Shown one piece after another: positions 39,005 to 46,258 of a DNA stretch of 64,000 nucleotides. The translations under genes were made by a program, and so were the position numbers. The notes beneath the pieces are model-generated. The model saw only the letters and a list, made by a program, of their open reading frames with translations, was not told where the DNA came from and searched no databases. Source of the DNA: Bacteroidales bacterium (lineage in GTDB: Bacteria; Bacteroidota; Bacteroidia; Bacteroidales; P3). Positions within the stretch are counted from its first letter, which is position 1, and the number at the start of each line of letters is the position of its first letter. The stretch is from positions 10,140 to 74,139 of the forward strand of contig JAFYSZ010000017.1 of NCBI GenBank assembly GCA_017559135.1. The letters are read 5' to 3'.

Positions 39005-39059
39005 ATATCACGCCGAGATACGACAAATATCATCAAGAGATACACTCCGTATCACGCTG
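39005..39059. repeat. about 2.5 degenerate 22-bp tandem repeats (ATATCAyNNNGAGATAC), locally GC-richer than the surroundings
   Basis: Read directly: atatcacgccgagatac (39005-39021), atatcatcaagagatac (39027-39043), and tatcacgc again at 39050-39057. Confidence 0.6.
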
Positions 39060-39112
39060 TTAAATTTTTTCAAAAGCAAGGTTGATTTCCAAAAGACTTT
39101 ATTCGCAAGATT

Positions 39113-39143
39113 TTTGTGCTTTAAGAAATTTGTTATAACTTTG
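39113..39143 (+). promoter_or_regulatory. full consensus Bacteroidota promoter (TTTG-N19-TAacTTTG) for the WD40 mini-gene
   Basis: TTTG at 39113-39116 and TAACTTTG at 39136-39143, 36 nt before the ATG at 39180. Confidence 0.6.
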
Positions 39144-39179
39144 TGAATAGAAATTAAAACTCACAATAAGGCAAATAAA

Positions 39180-39416
39180 ATGAACATAGATAAAGAAAAA
39201 TTAGAGAGTATTGAAGCAAAACTCTATGCAATATTAGATGAAATCAAAGAATACAAAAAAGCATTTGAAAAGAAAATAGACGTAACCAAGTTTAAATGCC
39301 TTAAAAACTTGGAGGGACATATAAAACTTGTCTGGTCCGTAGCATTTAGTCCCGATGGTATAAAAATAATCAGCGGTTCAGATGATGAAACCATTCAGAT
39401 ATGGGGAGAGGAATAG
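39180..39416 (+). CDS. 78-aa protein: predicted coiled-coil N-terminus plus a single WD40 repeat
   Basis: The C-terminal LEGHIKLVWSVAFSPDGIKIISGSDDETIQIWG is a textbook single WD40 blade (GH...SPDG...SGSxDxTIxIW). It has its own promoter and terminator. Confidence 0.6.
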   Translation: MNIDKEKLESIEAKLYAILDEIKEYKKAFEKKIDVTKFKCLKNLEGHIKLVWSVAFSPDGIKIISGSDDETIQIWGEE

Positions 39417-39439
39417 GGATTGATTTTATAATATAAAGA

Positions 39440-39498
39440 AAAACGCTCGTGAGTCTTAGTTTTCTTTTGACAAGCGAGCGTTTTTCGTTTTTTTTCTC
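39440..39498 (+). terminator. rho-independent-type terminator after the WD40 mini-gene
   Basis: Stem aaaacgctcg/cgagcgtttt with a long (about 25 nt) loop, followed by TTTTTCGTTTTTTTT. Confidence 0.6.
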
Positions 39499-39564
39499 TT
39501 AATTTTTAAAAATTATTTTTGAAATATATCTCTGTTAATAAGTAATAATAATTAAATTTGCATT

Positions 39565-40608
39565 ATGAAAGATTTGTATAATTGTAATAGTGGAGATTTT
39601 ATTGCTGATATAAAACAGATAATAGAGCAATCAAGAAAGCAAGCGTACGTTTCTGTTAATGCAATTATGATTCGATTGTATTGGTTGCTTGGGAAACGTA
39701 TTGTAGAAGAAGAACAAGGCGGAGATTCTCGTGCAGAATATGGAAAATTCTTACTTACGAATCTTGCAAATGAACTAACAGCGATTTATGGCAATGCTTA
39801 CAGTGTTCGTCGCTTACGAGAATATAGACAATTCTATGTGTATTTCAGTGATTTAGAAATGTGGCAGTCGCGAGTGCCGAATTTAACTTGGACACATTAT
39901 AGAGAGCTTATAACCGTTCACGAAAAAGAAGCACGTAATTGGTACATGCAAGAAGCATCAAACGAAATGTGGAGTGTAAGAACGTTGCATCGCAATATTT
40001 CTTCGCAATATTATTATCGTTTATTGCAAGCGCAATCAAAGGAAGTGGTGATTGATGAAATGAAACAAATCACTGCACCTTTGCAAACAGACAAATTAGA
40101 ATTTATTAAAAACCCTGTGGTTGCAGAATTTTTGGGATTGGTAAATAATCCTCAATTTTCCGAGACTGAATTGGAGAATGCTATTATTACTCATTTACAA
40201 AAATTCATTATGGAGTTAGGTAAAGGATACGCATTCGTTGCTCGCCAACAGCATATTCGTACTGATATGGGAGATTTCTTTATTGATCTTGTTTTTTATA
40301 ACTATATCTTAAAATGTTTCTTGCTTATTGATTTAAAAACCGAACAAATAAGTCATCAAGATGTAGGACAAATGGATATGTACATTAGAATGTATGATGA
40401 ACTTAAAAGAACAGAGGGAGATAATGCAACAATAGGACTTATTCTCTGCTCTAAAACAAGTGAAGATATGGCAAGATATTCTATGTTAAAAGACAACGAA
40501 AGATTATTTCAAGCAAAATATCTTACTTTTTTGCCAACAAAAGAAGAATTGACGAATGAAATTGAACAACAAAAGATAATATTCCAATTACAGCAAGAGA
40601 ATAAATAA
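39565..40608 (+). CDS. YhcG/DUF1016 family PD-(D/E)XK nuclease-domain protein
   Basis: N-terminal YhcG-like helical domain (..NAIMIRLYWLLGKRIVEEEQGG..RAEYGKFLL..L) and a C-terminal PD-(D/E)XK core (..GDFFIDLVFYNYILKCFLLIDLKTEQ..). Confidence 0.8.
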   Translation: MKDLYNCNSGDFIADIKQIIEQSRKQAYVSVNAIMIRLYWLLGKRIVEEEQGGDSRAEYGKFLLTNLANELTAIYGNAYSVRRLREYRQFYVYFSDLEMWQSRVPNLTWTHYRELITVHEKEARNWYMQEASNEMWSVRTLHRNISSQYYYRLLQAQSKEVVIDEMKQITAPLQTDKLEFIKNPVVAEFLGLVNNPQFSETELENAIITHLQKFIMELGKGYAFVARQQHIRTDMGDFFIDLVFYNYILKCFLLIDLKTEQISHQDVGQMDMYIRMYDELKRTEGDNATIGLILCSKTSEDMARYSMLKDNERLFQAKYLTFLPTKEELTNEIEQQKIIFQLQQENK

Positions 40609-40661
40609 CAATAATCGTGCTAAAATCTTGTTAAATTAAGACTTCGTTTTTTTCCCTTGAA

Positions 40662-40727
40662 TTTTGTGTAGCGATTACTTTTCTTTATCTTTGCAAAATG
40701 GATTTAAAGGAAAGAAAAAAGGAACTT
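40662..40727 (+). repeat. left copy of a perfect 66-bp direct repeat (identical to 44038-44103)
   Basis: Base-by-base comparison: ttttgtgtagcgattacttttctttatctttgcaaaatggatttaaaggaaagaaaaaaggaactt. The flanking bases differ on both sides. Confidence 0.95.
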
Positions 40728-40760
40728 TCTTTTAAAATTAGTTTAATGGTTTTAAGTTAG
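40698..40760 (+). pseudogene. duplicated 5' stub of the 5-formyl-THF cyclo-ligase gene (MDLKERKKEL plus 10 unrelated codons, then a stop)
   Basis: The first 10 codons are identical to the intact gene at 44074. The frame leaves the repeat at 40728 and terminates at 40758-40760. Confidence 0.8.
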
Positions 40761-40825
40761 TGCTATAATTGATAATGAAAATGGGGTAACGGATAAAGCA
40801 TCAAAATTAATTACTAAGTCAAAAT

Positions 40826-42112
40826 ATGGAAATAAATACTAAACATACACTTGTTATAGGAGATAGCAGAAATTTATCTTTGATACCAGATAAATCTGTT
40901 CATCTTATTATTACATCACCGCCCTATTGGCAACTAAAGGATTATGGTAATGATAATCAGATAGGGTTTCATGATAGTTATGAGGGTTATATAAATAATC
41001 TTAATATGGTTTGGTCTGAGTGTAATCGCATATTACATGATGGTTGCCGTTTGTGCATTAATATTGGTGATCAATTTGCTCGCTCCGTATATTATGGTCG
41101 TTATAAGGTTATTCCTATCAGAACAGAAATAATTCGTTTTTGTGAAACATTAGGTATGGATTATATGGGAGCTATTATCTGGCAAAAACAGACAACAATG
41201 AATACGACTGGAGGAGGTGCTGTTATGGGGAGCTTTCCGTATCCAAGAAATGGTATTCTGAAAATAGATTATGAGTTTATTCTCATTTTTAAGAAACAAG
41301 GTAAAGCACCTGTTCCTTCATTAGAACAAAAGAAATCTTCCGAAATGACAAAAGAAGAGTGGAATACATATTTCTCTTCTCATTGGACTTTTGGAGGTGC
41401 AAAACAAGATGGTCATATTGCTGTATTCCCGGAAGAACTACCTTATCGTTTGATTAAGATGTTTTCTTTTGCTGGAGAAACTGTTTTTGATCCTTTTATG
41501 GGCAGTGGAACAACCGCATTAGCAGCACGAAACCTTCAGAGGAATTCCTTTGGATATGAAATAAATCCTGATTTCGTGGATTACTATAAGCAAAAAGTTG
41601 ATAATGCTCATCTGTTTAACAATTCAACGTGTCTGTATAAAGTAGATTCTTCTATGGTTAACAAAGAAGAAAAACTAAATACATTACCTTATGTGTTTAA
41701 TGACCCACATAAAATGGAAAGTAAAATTGATATAAAGAAACTCCAATTTGGTTCAAAAATAGATAAGGATAGCAAGGAACGTGAAGAGTATTATTTTGTA
41801 AAGAGTGTTCTTTCCCCAAATACTGTTATACTTAGTAATGGGTTAACAATTAAGTTGATTGGAATAAAAGAGAAACCTTCTGTAAATGGAAGTGCTACAA
41901 GATTTCTTATAGAGAAAACAAAGGGTAGAAAGGTTTTTCTAAAATATGATTCAGTGAAGTATGATTCTGACAACACGTTGTTGTGCTATTTATATTTAGA
42001 TAATAAGACATTTATAAATGCACATATGCTAAAGAATGGTTTGGCAGAGGTAGATATGGCTGCCGATTTTAAATATAAGTCAAAATTTATAACCTACAGT
42101 TATGGCAAATAA
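40826..42112 (+). CDS. beta-class N4/N6 DNA methyltransferase (SPPY motif, likely m4C) fused to a C-terminal catalytically degenerate SNase/thermonuclease-like domain
   Basis: Motif IV ITSPPYW near the N-terminus precedes motif I VFDPFMGSGTTALAA, which is the beta-class order. The C-terminal ~110 aa align by eye to staphylococcal nuclease (..LLCYLYLDNKTFINAHMLKNGLAEV vs ..[24 protein letters not shown]). The Ca-binding and catalytic residues (DGDT, D40/E43, R35, R87) are replaced. Confidence 0.8.
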   Translation: MEINTKHTLVIGDSRNLSLIPDKSVHLIITSPPYWQLKDYGNDNQIGFHDSYEGYINNLNMVWSECNRILHDGCRLCINIGDQFARSVYYGRYKVIPIRTEIIRFCETLGMDYMGAIIWQKQTTMNTTGGGAVMGSFPYPRNGILKIDYEFILIFKKQGKAPVPSLEQKKSSEMTKEEWNTYFSSHWTFGGAKQDGHIAVFPEELPYRLIKMFSFAGETVFDPFMGSGTTALAARNLQRNSFGYEINPDFVDYYKQKVDNAHLFNNSTCLYKVDSSMVNKEEKLNTLPYVFNDPHKMESKIDIKKLQFGSKIDKDSKEREEYYFVKSVLSPNTVILSNGLTIKLIGIKEKPSVNGSATRFLIEKTKGRKVFLKYDSVKYDSDNTLLCYLYLDNKTFINAHMLKNGLAEVDMAADFKYKSKFITYSYGK

Positions 42113-42431
42113 TATACAAGAAGTGCAACGCTTGCTTGGATACATTCCTTATGGAAAGTCCAATGCAATACATGCAGAAGATATAGCATTACAGTTAGGA
42201 TATTCGACTGGTGGAAATCAAGTTGAAACGCGTCAGTTAATACGTTACGCTATTCAACAGGGCAATATTATTCTAAGTACACCTGCGAATGGGTACTGGC
42301 GTTCTAATAACAAACAGGAAGTGATAGATTATATAAATGCATTATTAAGTAGGGCCGATGATATACTAACAAGAAGTAACGAAATTAAGAATGCATGGAA
42401 TAGTGTAAATCCTAATAATTTAATACCATAA
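42102..42431 (+). CDS. small (109 aa) winged-helix-like protein between M and R genes; possible controller/DNA-binding component
   Basis: Overlaps the M gene by 11 nt and ends 2 nt before the next ATG. The pattern ..AEDIALQLGYSTGGNQVETRQLIRYAIQQGNIILS..GYW.. looks like helix-turn-helix plus wing. This is inference only. Confidence 0.45.
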   Translation: MANNIQEVQRLLGYIPYGKSNAIHAEDIALQLGYSTGGNQVETRQLIRYAIQQGNIILSTPANGYWRSNNKQEVIDYINALLSRADDILTRSNEIKNAWNSVNPNNLIP

Positions 42432-42433
42432 TA

Positions 42434-43114
42434 ATGAAAAAACATTCGCTTGATTTTGGGAAGAAAGAACGCGTATTAAATTACGCTTGTCAAACATATC
42501 AGTTATCTCGCCCTAATAAAGTTGGAGCTGTTATGGCATTGATTAGAGAGTGTCAACCGAATTCTTTTGAAGAATGGGAGCAGTGGTATTTCTTAAATGC
42601 TCATACATCAGGGAAGAAACCTACCAAAATAACCAATGAAAGTTTACGAGAATTGGGTGAACGTTTGTATGTCAAGATTACGGAGATAGTTATTCCTGAG
42701 TGGGAAAGTGCTTTTAGAGAACTGACGGAGCAAGATTGCATCGATTATATCTATAATCTTACAATCAATAGAACTTACGATGGATATTTGCGTGAAAAAT
42801 CTGTTATAAACGATGGATTAGCCAAACTCTTCCCAGATGTGGTATTTGAAGAAAGTGATCCAGAATTAGATCATGCTGGTGATATCGATTATGTAGCTAA
42901 AATTGGGAATGCATCTATTGGAATCCAGATTAAACCAATTACTGCAAGCGCTAATTTTGGCAGCTATTCATTAACTGAAAGAATGAAAGCAAGCTTTGAA
43001 TCTTTCAAAGAACAATATGGTGGAAATGTCTTTGTCGTTTTTAGTTTAGATGGAGAAATTGCAAACAAAGAAGTGATTGAACAAATGAAATTAGAAATTG
43101 AACGTTTATCATAA
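42434..43114 (+). CDS. putative type II restriction endonuclease (226 aa), PD-(D/E)XK-like
   Basis: Position directly downstream of a methyltransferase in the same operon. Candidate nuclease core ..DPELDHAGDIDYVAKIGNASIGIQIKP.. (D..D-x13-QxK). My unverified recollection is that proteins like this are annotated MjaI-family (CTAG). Confidence 0.5.
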   Translation: MKKHSLDFGKKERVLNYACQTYQLSRPNKVGAVMALIRECQPNSFEEWEQWYFLNAHTSGKKPTKITNESLRELGERLYVKITEIVIPEWESAFRELTEQDCIDYIYNLTINRTYDGYLREKSVINDGLAKLFPDVVFEESDPELDHAGDIDYVAKIGNASIGIQIKPITASANFGSYSLTERMKASFESFKEQYGGNVFVVFSLDGEIANKEVIEQMKLEIERLS

Positions 43115-43226
43115 ATACATGTAATTATGATTCTACAATAGGAATAAAAGTTTAAAACTCTTTGTTTGATGTTATACAATATGGCATAGAATTTAAATTT
43201 AGTAGTATATTTATATTCTTGGAAAA

Positions 43227-43670
43227 ATGAAAGATTTTGATATTAAATTTGTAATACTAATAGCTTTTTTATTAGGGCTATTATCGGGAATCTGTATTAC
43301 TTGTTTGTGTAAAAATAAAATTTCTTTTAGGAAAATGCTAGGTAATATTGCATCTTTTCTACAAAATAACTGGTATATTGTAATTTTAATTACATCTATA
43401 AGTTATGTTGTTATTAAATATCCCGATTGTGCAGATTTTACTTTATTTTCAAACTTTAATGGTGACAATCTTGTTTTTGTGTTATGTTTGATAATACTAA
43501 TACTCCCCTTATTTGATAAATTTGAATTGTTTGGAGTTAATTTAATATTACGAAGGCAAAATGAAAAGTCTGATGAGGCAGCGGAAGAAGCTATGAATAA
43601 TGAAATTCCTAAAAAAGATGAATTTTTAAAAGAATTAACTTCTAAAAGGAAAGGAGAAAACAATGAGTAA
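43227..43670 (+). CDS. hypothetical membrane protein (147 aa, about 3 TM helices, charged C-terminal tail)
   Basis: Hydrophobic stretches FVILIAFLLGLLSGICITCL, WYIVILITSISYVVI and LVFVLCLIILILPLF, and an acidic/basic tail. No known motif. Confidence 0.55.
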   Translation: MKDFDIKFVILIAFLLGLLSGICITCLCKNKISFRKMLGNIASFLQNNWYIVILITSISYVVIKYPDCADFTLFSNFNGDNLVFVLCLIILILPLFDKFELFGVNLILRRQNEKSDEAAEEAMNNEIPKKDEFLKELTSKRKGENNE

Positions 43671-43911
43671 TGTTGGAATAAAAAAAGTTATTGAGGTGGG
43701 ATTAGAGTTGATGCAATCATCTTTAACAGAACAACAATATAATATATGGCTTGAATATTCAAAGTCAATGCTTGAATTGGTGTCCAAGAATAAATATATA
43801 ATGATGAATTATATGAAAGTTATTTTAAAGGCGTCAGATCCTAATTTAGAACCATATCAACGCATTGGTATGTGTTTAAGGTATTTAATAAGTATTCAAT
43901 CTATATTGTAA
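43663..43911 (+). CDS. hypothetical small helical protein (82 aa)
   Basis: The start overlaps the preceding stop (ATGAGTAA, 8-nt overlap), indicating translational coupling. No known motif. A weak hairpin lies at 43939-43955 downstream. Confidence 0.5.
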   Translation: MSNVGIKKVIEVGLELMQSSLTEQQYNIWLEYSKSMLELVSKNKYIMMNYMKVILKASDPNLEPYQRIGMCLRYLISIQSIL

Positions 43912-44037
43912 GGGGAAATAGCCAAATTTTTTATCGATAAGGATATTTATTCCTTTGTATTATAATGGCAAGAAGTATTGTGAGATAAACGATATTTAAT
44001 AATTATACTTTAATAGTAGCTTGTTTTTTTCGTTTTG

Positions 44038-44103
44038 TTTTGTGTAGCGATTACTTTTCTTTATCTTTGCAAAATGGATTTAAAGGAAAGAAAAAAGGAA
44101 CTT
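44038..44103 (+). repeat. right copy of the perfect 66-bp direct repeat; contains the functional promoter (TTTG 44039-44042, TATCTTTG 44062-44069) and the start of the cyclo-ligase gene
   Basis: Identical to 40662-40727 (offset 3376 bp). Confidence 0.95.
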
Positions 44104-44637
44104 AGAAAGCTGATTCGTGAGAGAAAGAAATTGCTTTCTATGGATAATAAGAATTTACAATCGGAAAGGATTTTCTCTTCGGTTGTAAATTCTTCTGTTT
44201 ATAAGAATGCTAATACCATTCTTTTGTATTGGTCAATGGACGATGAGGTTCCGACTCATGATTTCATACTTGCAAACTATGAAACTAAGACAATTCTTTT
44301 GCCTTGTGTGGTTGGAGATGATTTAGTGCTTAGAAAATTCTCTGGAATGCACACAATGAAGGCGGGAGAGCAGTTTGGAATACTTGAACCTACGGGAGAA
44401 ATCTTTTCAGACTATGAAAAAATAGATTTAATGATAATTCCGGGAGTTGCTTTCGATAGAGAAAAAAGACGCATCGGTAGAGGTCGTGGATTTTATGATA
44501 GATTGCTTTCGGTAAATCAAAACAAGAAAATGGGAATTTGTTTCAATTGTCAATTGGTTGAGCAGGTTCCTGTTGAGGAATTCGATGTTAAAATGGACTA
44601 TGTTATAAGTCCTGATGAGTTTGTGGGAGATGAGTAA
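44074..44637 (+). CDS. 5-formyltetrahydrofolate cyclo-ligase
   Basis: ..LLYWSMDDEVPT.., ..GILEP.. and ..IDLMIIPGVAFDREKRRIGRGRGFYDRLL.. signatures. The ATG at 44074 is used because the TTG at 44035 would overlap the promoter boxes. Confidence 0.85.
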   Translation: MDLKERKKELRKLIRERKKLLSMDNKNLQSERIFSSVVNSSVYKNANTILLYWSMDDEVPTHDFILANYETKTILLPCVVGDDLVLRKFSGMHTMKAGEQFGILEPTGEIFSDYEKIDLMIIPGVAFDREKRRIGRGRGFYDRLLSVNQNKKMGICFNCQLVEQVPVEEFDVKMDYVISPDEFVGDE

Positions 44638-46255
44638 GAGAAAACTAATATTGATTTCCTGCCTTTCGGGAGTGCTTCTCAGCCTTGCATGGTTGGATTT
44701 GCTTTTCGCACCGCTTATGCTTGTGGCTTTTGTTCCTATGCTTTGGGTTGAGCAATATATTTCAAAAAACAATGAAGACAAACGCTTTTCTGCTTGTGCT
44801 GGTTTTGCATACTCTTATTTGCCTTTCTTGATTTGGAATGCTACTACAATTTTTTGGGTATCTTTTTCAACGCCTGCTGCTTTGGTTTTGCCTTTCTTTC
44901 AAGCCGCTTTAATGTCTCTTGCTTTCCAACTTTTTCATTGGGCAAAGCGTGTGTTTGGAGTAGAAAAGAAAATCAATTATGTGTTTTTCATTATTTTCTT
45001 TCTTGCTTTTGAGTTTGTAGAATTGCATTGGGATTTCAATTTTCCTTGGTTAAACTTAGGTAATAGTTTTGCAAAATATCCTGCTTTGGTGCAATGGTAC
45101 GAGTTTACAGGCGTTGCGGGTGGTAGTCTTTGGATATTGATTTCAAATGTCTTTGTTTTATTTTTTTTAAACGGCGTTTTAGAAAAATATTTCAGCCAAA
45201 AAATAAATTATTTCTTAGGAATAATTCTCGCTTTGCCTATAATAATTTCTTTAACAATTTTCTTTACTTTCAAAGAAGAGAAAACGCAAGGTTCAGACGT
45301 TGTTGTAGTGCAACCAAATCTTGATCCGTATGAAGAACAATATAGTTTGTCGCCACAAGATGTTTGTTTGATAATAGAAAACCTTGCTTTGCAAAAGGCA
45401 GATAAGGAAACAGATTTTGTTCTCTGTCCTGAGAGTTGCATACAAGAATATGCGTGGGAAGAATACTTAGAAGAAACTCCGAGTATTGAGTATTTAAGAA
45501 ATCTTTCTAATCGTTTTCCACGCTTGGAGTTTATTGCAGGAATGTCTTCTCGCAAACAAATTGATGAAAGTCAAAAAACTATTGCTTCAAGACTGCACAA
45601 GAGATATGGTTTTTGGTATGAAAACTACAATACTGCAATAAAAATTGATAGAGATACGCTTTCTCCTCAAAGTCAAATAAGACATAAATCTGTTCTTACG
45701 CCTGCTGTGGAGAAAATGCCTTTGCAAAAATATCTTGGATTTATGGAAAACTTTATTCTTGACTTAGGTGGCACGGTTGGAAGTTTGGGAACGGATAAGG
45801 ATTTCAAGGTATTTTCTTCTGAAAACAAGCCTAAGACTGCTACTGCAATATGTTATGAAAGTGTTGATGGGCAATATGTGGCAAATCTTGTGAAATCGGG
45901 AGCAGAACTCTTGTTTATAATCACTAATGACGGCTGGTGGAAAAATACTCCTGGACATCGTCAGCACGCATCTTTTGCTTCTTTGCGTGCAATTGAGAAT
46001 AGACGCTATATTGCAAGGAGTGCCAATACGGGAATTTCTTCTTTTGTTTCTCCAAAAGGGAATGTGTTGCAAAAGACAAAGTATTGGGAAGAAGATGTAA
46101 TAAAACAAACTTTATATCCTCAGACAAAAATTACTTTCTACACCAAACACGGAGATTATATTTACAGAACGTCTTCGTTTTTGGCAGTTTTGAGTATTTT
46201 GTTGGCGTTTGTATATGGAGTTTTAAGAAAAAAGAAAAATTTAACAATAAATTAA
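44630..46255 (+). CDS. lnt: apolipoprotein N-acyltransferase
   Basis: N-terminal multi-TM domain and a C-terminal CN-hydrolase domain with catalytic Cys in ..TATAICYESVDG.. The alternative ATG at 44615 is possible. The ATG at 44630 gives an ATGAGTAA overlap with the upstream stop. Confidence 0.85.
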   Translation: MSKRKLILISCLSGVLLSLAWLDLLFAPLMLVAFVPMLWVEQYISKNNEDKRFSACAGFAYSYLPFLIWNATTIFWVSFSTPAALVLPFFQAALMSLAFQLFHWAKRVFGVEKKINYVFFIIFFLAFEFVELHWDFNFPWLNLGNSFAKYPALVQWYEFTGVAGGSLWILISNVFVLFFLNGVLEKYFSQKINYFLGIILALPIIISLTIFFTFKEEKTQGSDVVVVQPNLDPYEEQYSLSPQDVCLIIENLALQKADKETDFVLCPESCIQEYAWEEYLEETPSIEYLRNLSNRFPRLEFIAGMSSRKQIDESQKTIASRLHKRYGFWYENYNTAIKIDRDTLSPQSQIRHKSVLTPAVEKMPLQKYLGFMENFILDLGGTVGSLGTDKDFKVFSSENKPKTATAICYESVDGQYVANLVKSGAELLFIITNDGWWKNTPGHRQHASFASLRAIENRRYIARSANTGISSFVSPKGNVLQKTKYWEEDVIKQTLYPQTKITFYTKHGDYIYRTSSFLAVLSILLAFVYGVLRKKKNLTIN

Positions 46256-46258
46256 AAT

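Larger units (their letters stand above)
40728..44037 (+). mobile_element. 3310-bp inserted islet (R-M-like operon plus a 2-gene cassette) bounded by the 66-bp direct repeats; no recombinase gene
   Basis: Five same-strand, tightly packed genes unrelated to the flanking housekeeping functions. A perfect long direct duplication of the target lies at both ends. Confidence 0.7.

Noticed and set aside
39180-39416. WD40-encoding ORF as eukaryotic contamination or an assembly chimera
   Set aside because: It is flanked on both sides by contiguous bacterial sequence. It has a consensus Bacteroidota promoter and a bacterial-type terminator, and its codon choice is AT-rich like its neighbours.
40728-44037. 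Integrase, transposase or inverted terminal repeats inside the islet
   Set aside because: I read all six frames of the supplied ORF track in this interval. None shows tyrosine or serine recombinase, DDE or HUH motifs, and I found no terminal inverted repeats. The element is therefore described only as an insertion with direct target duplication.
44035-44073. TTG-initiated 13-codon extension of the cyclo-ligase ORF
   Set aside because: It overlaps the -33/-7 promoter boxes. The ATG at 44074 gives the conserved MDLKERKKEL start, which is also what the 66-bp duplication preserved.
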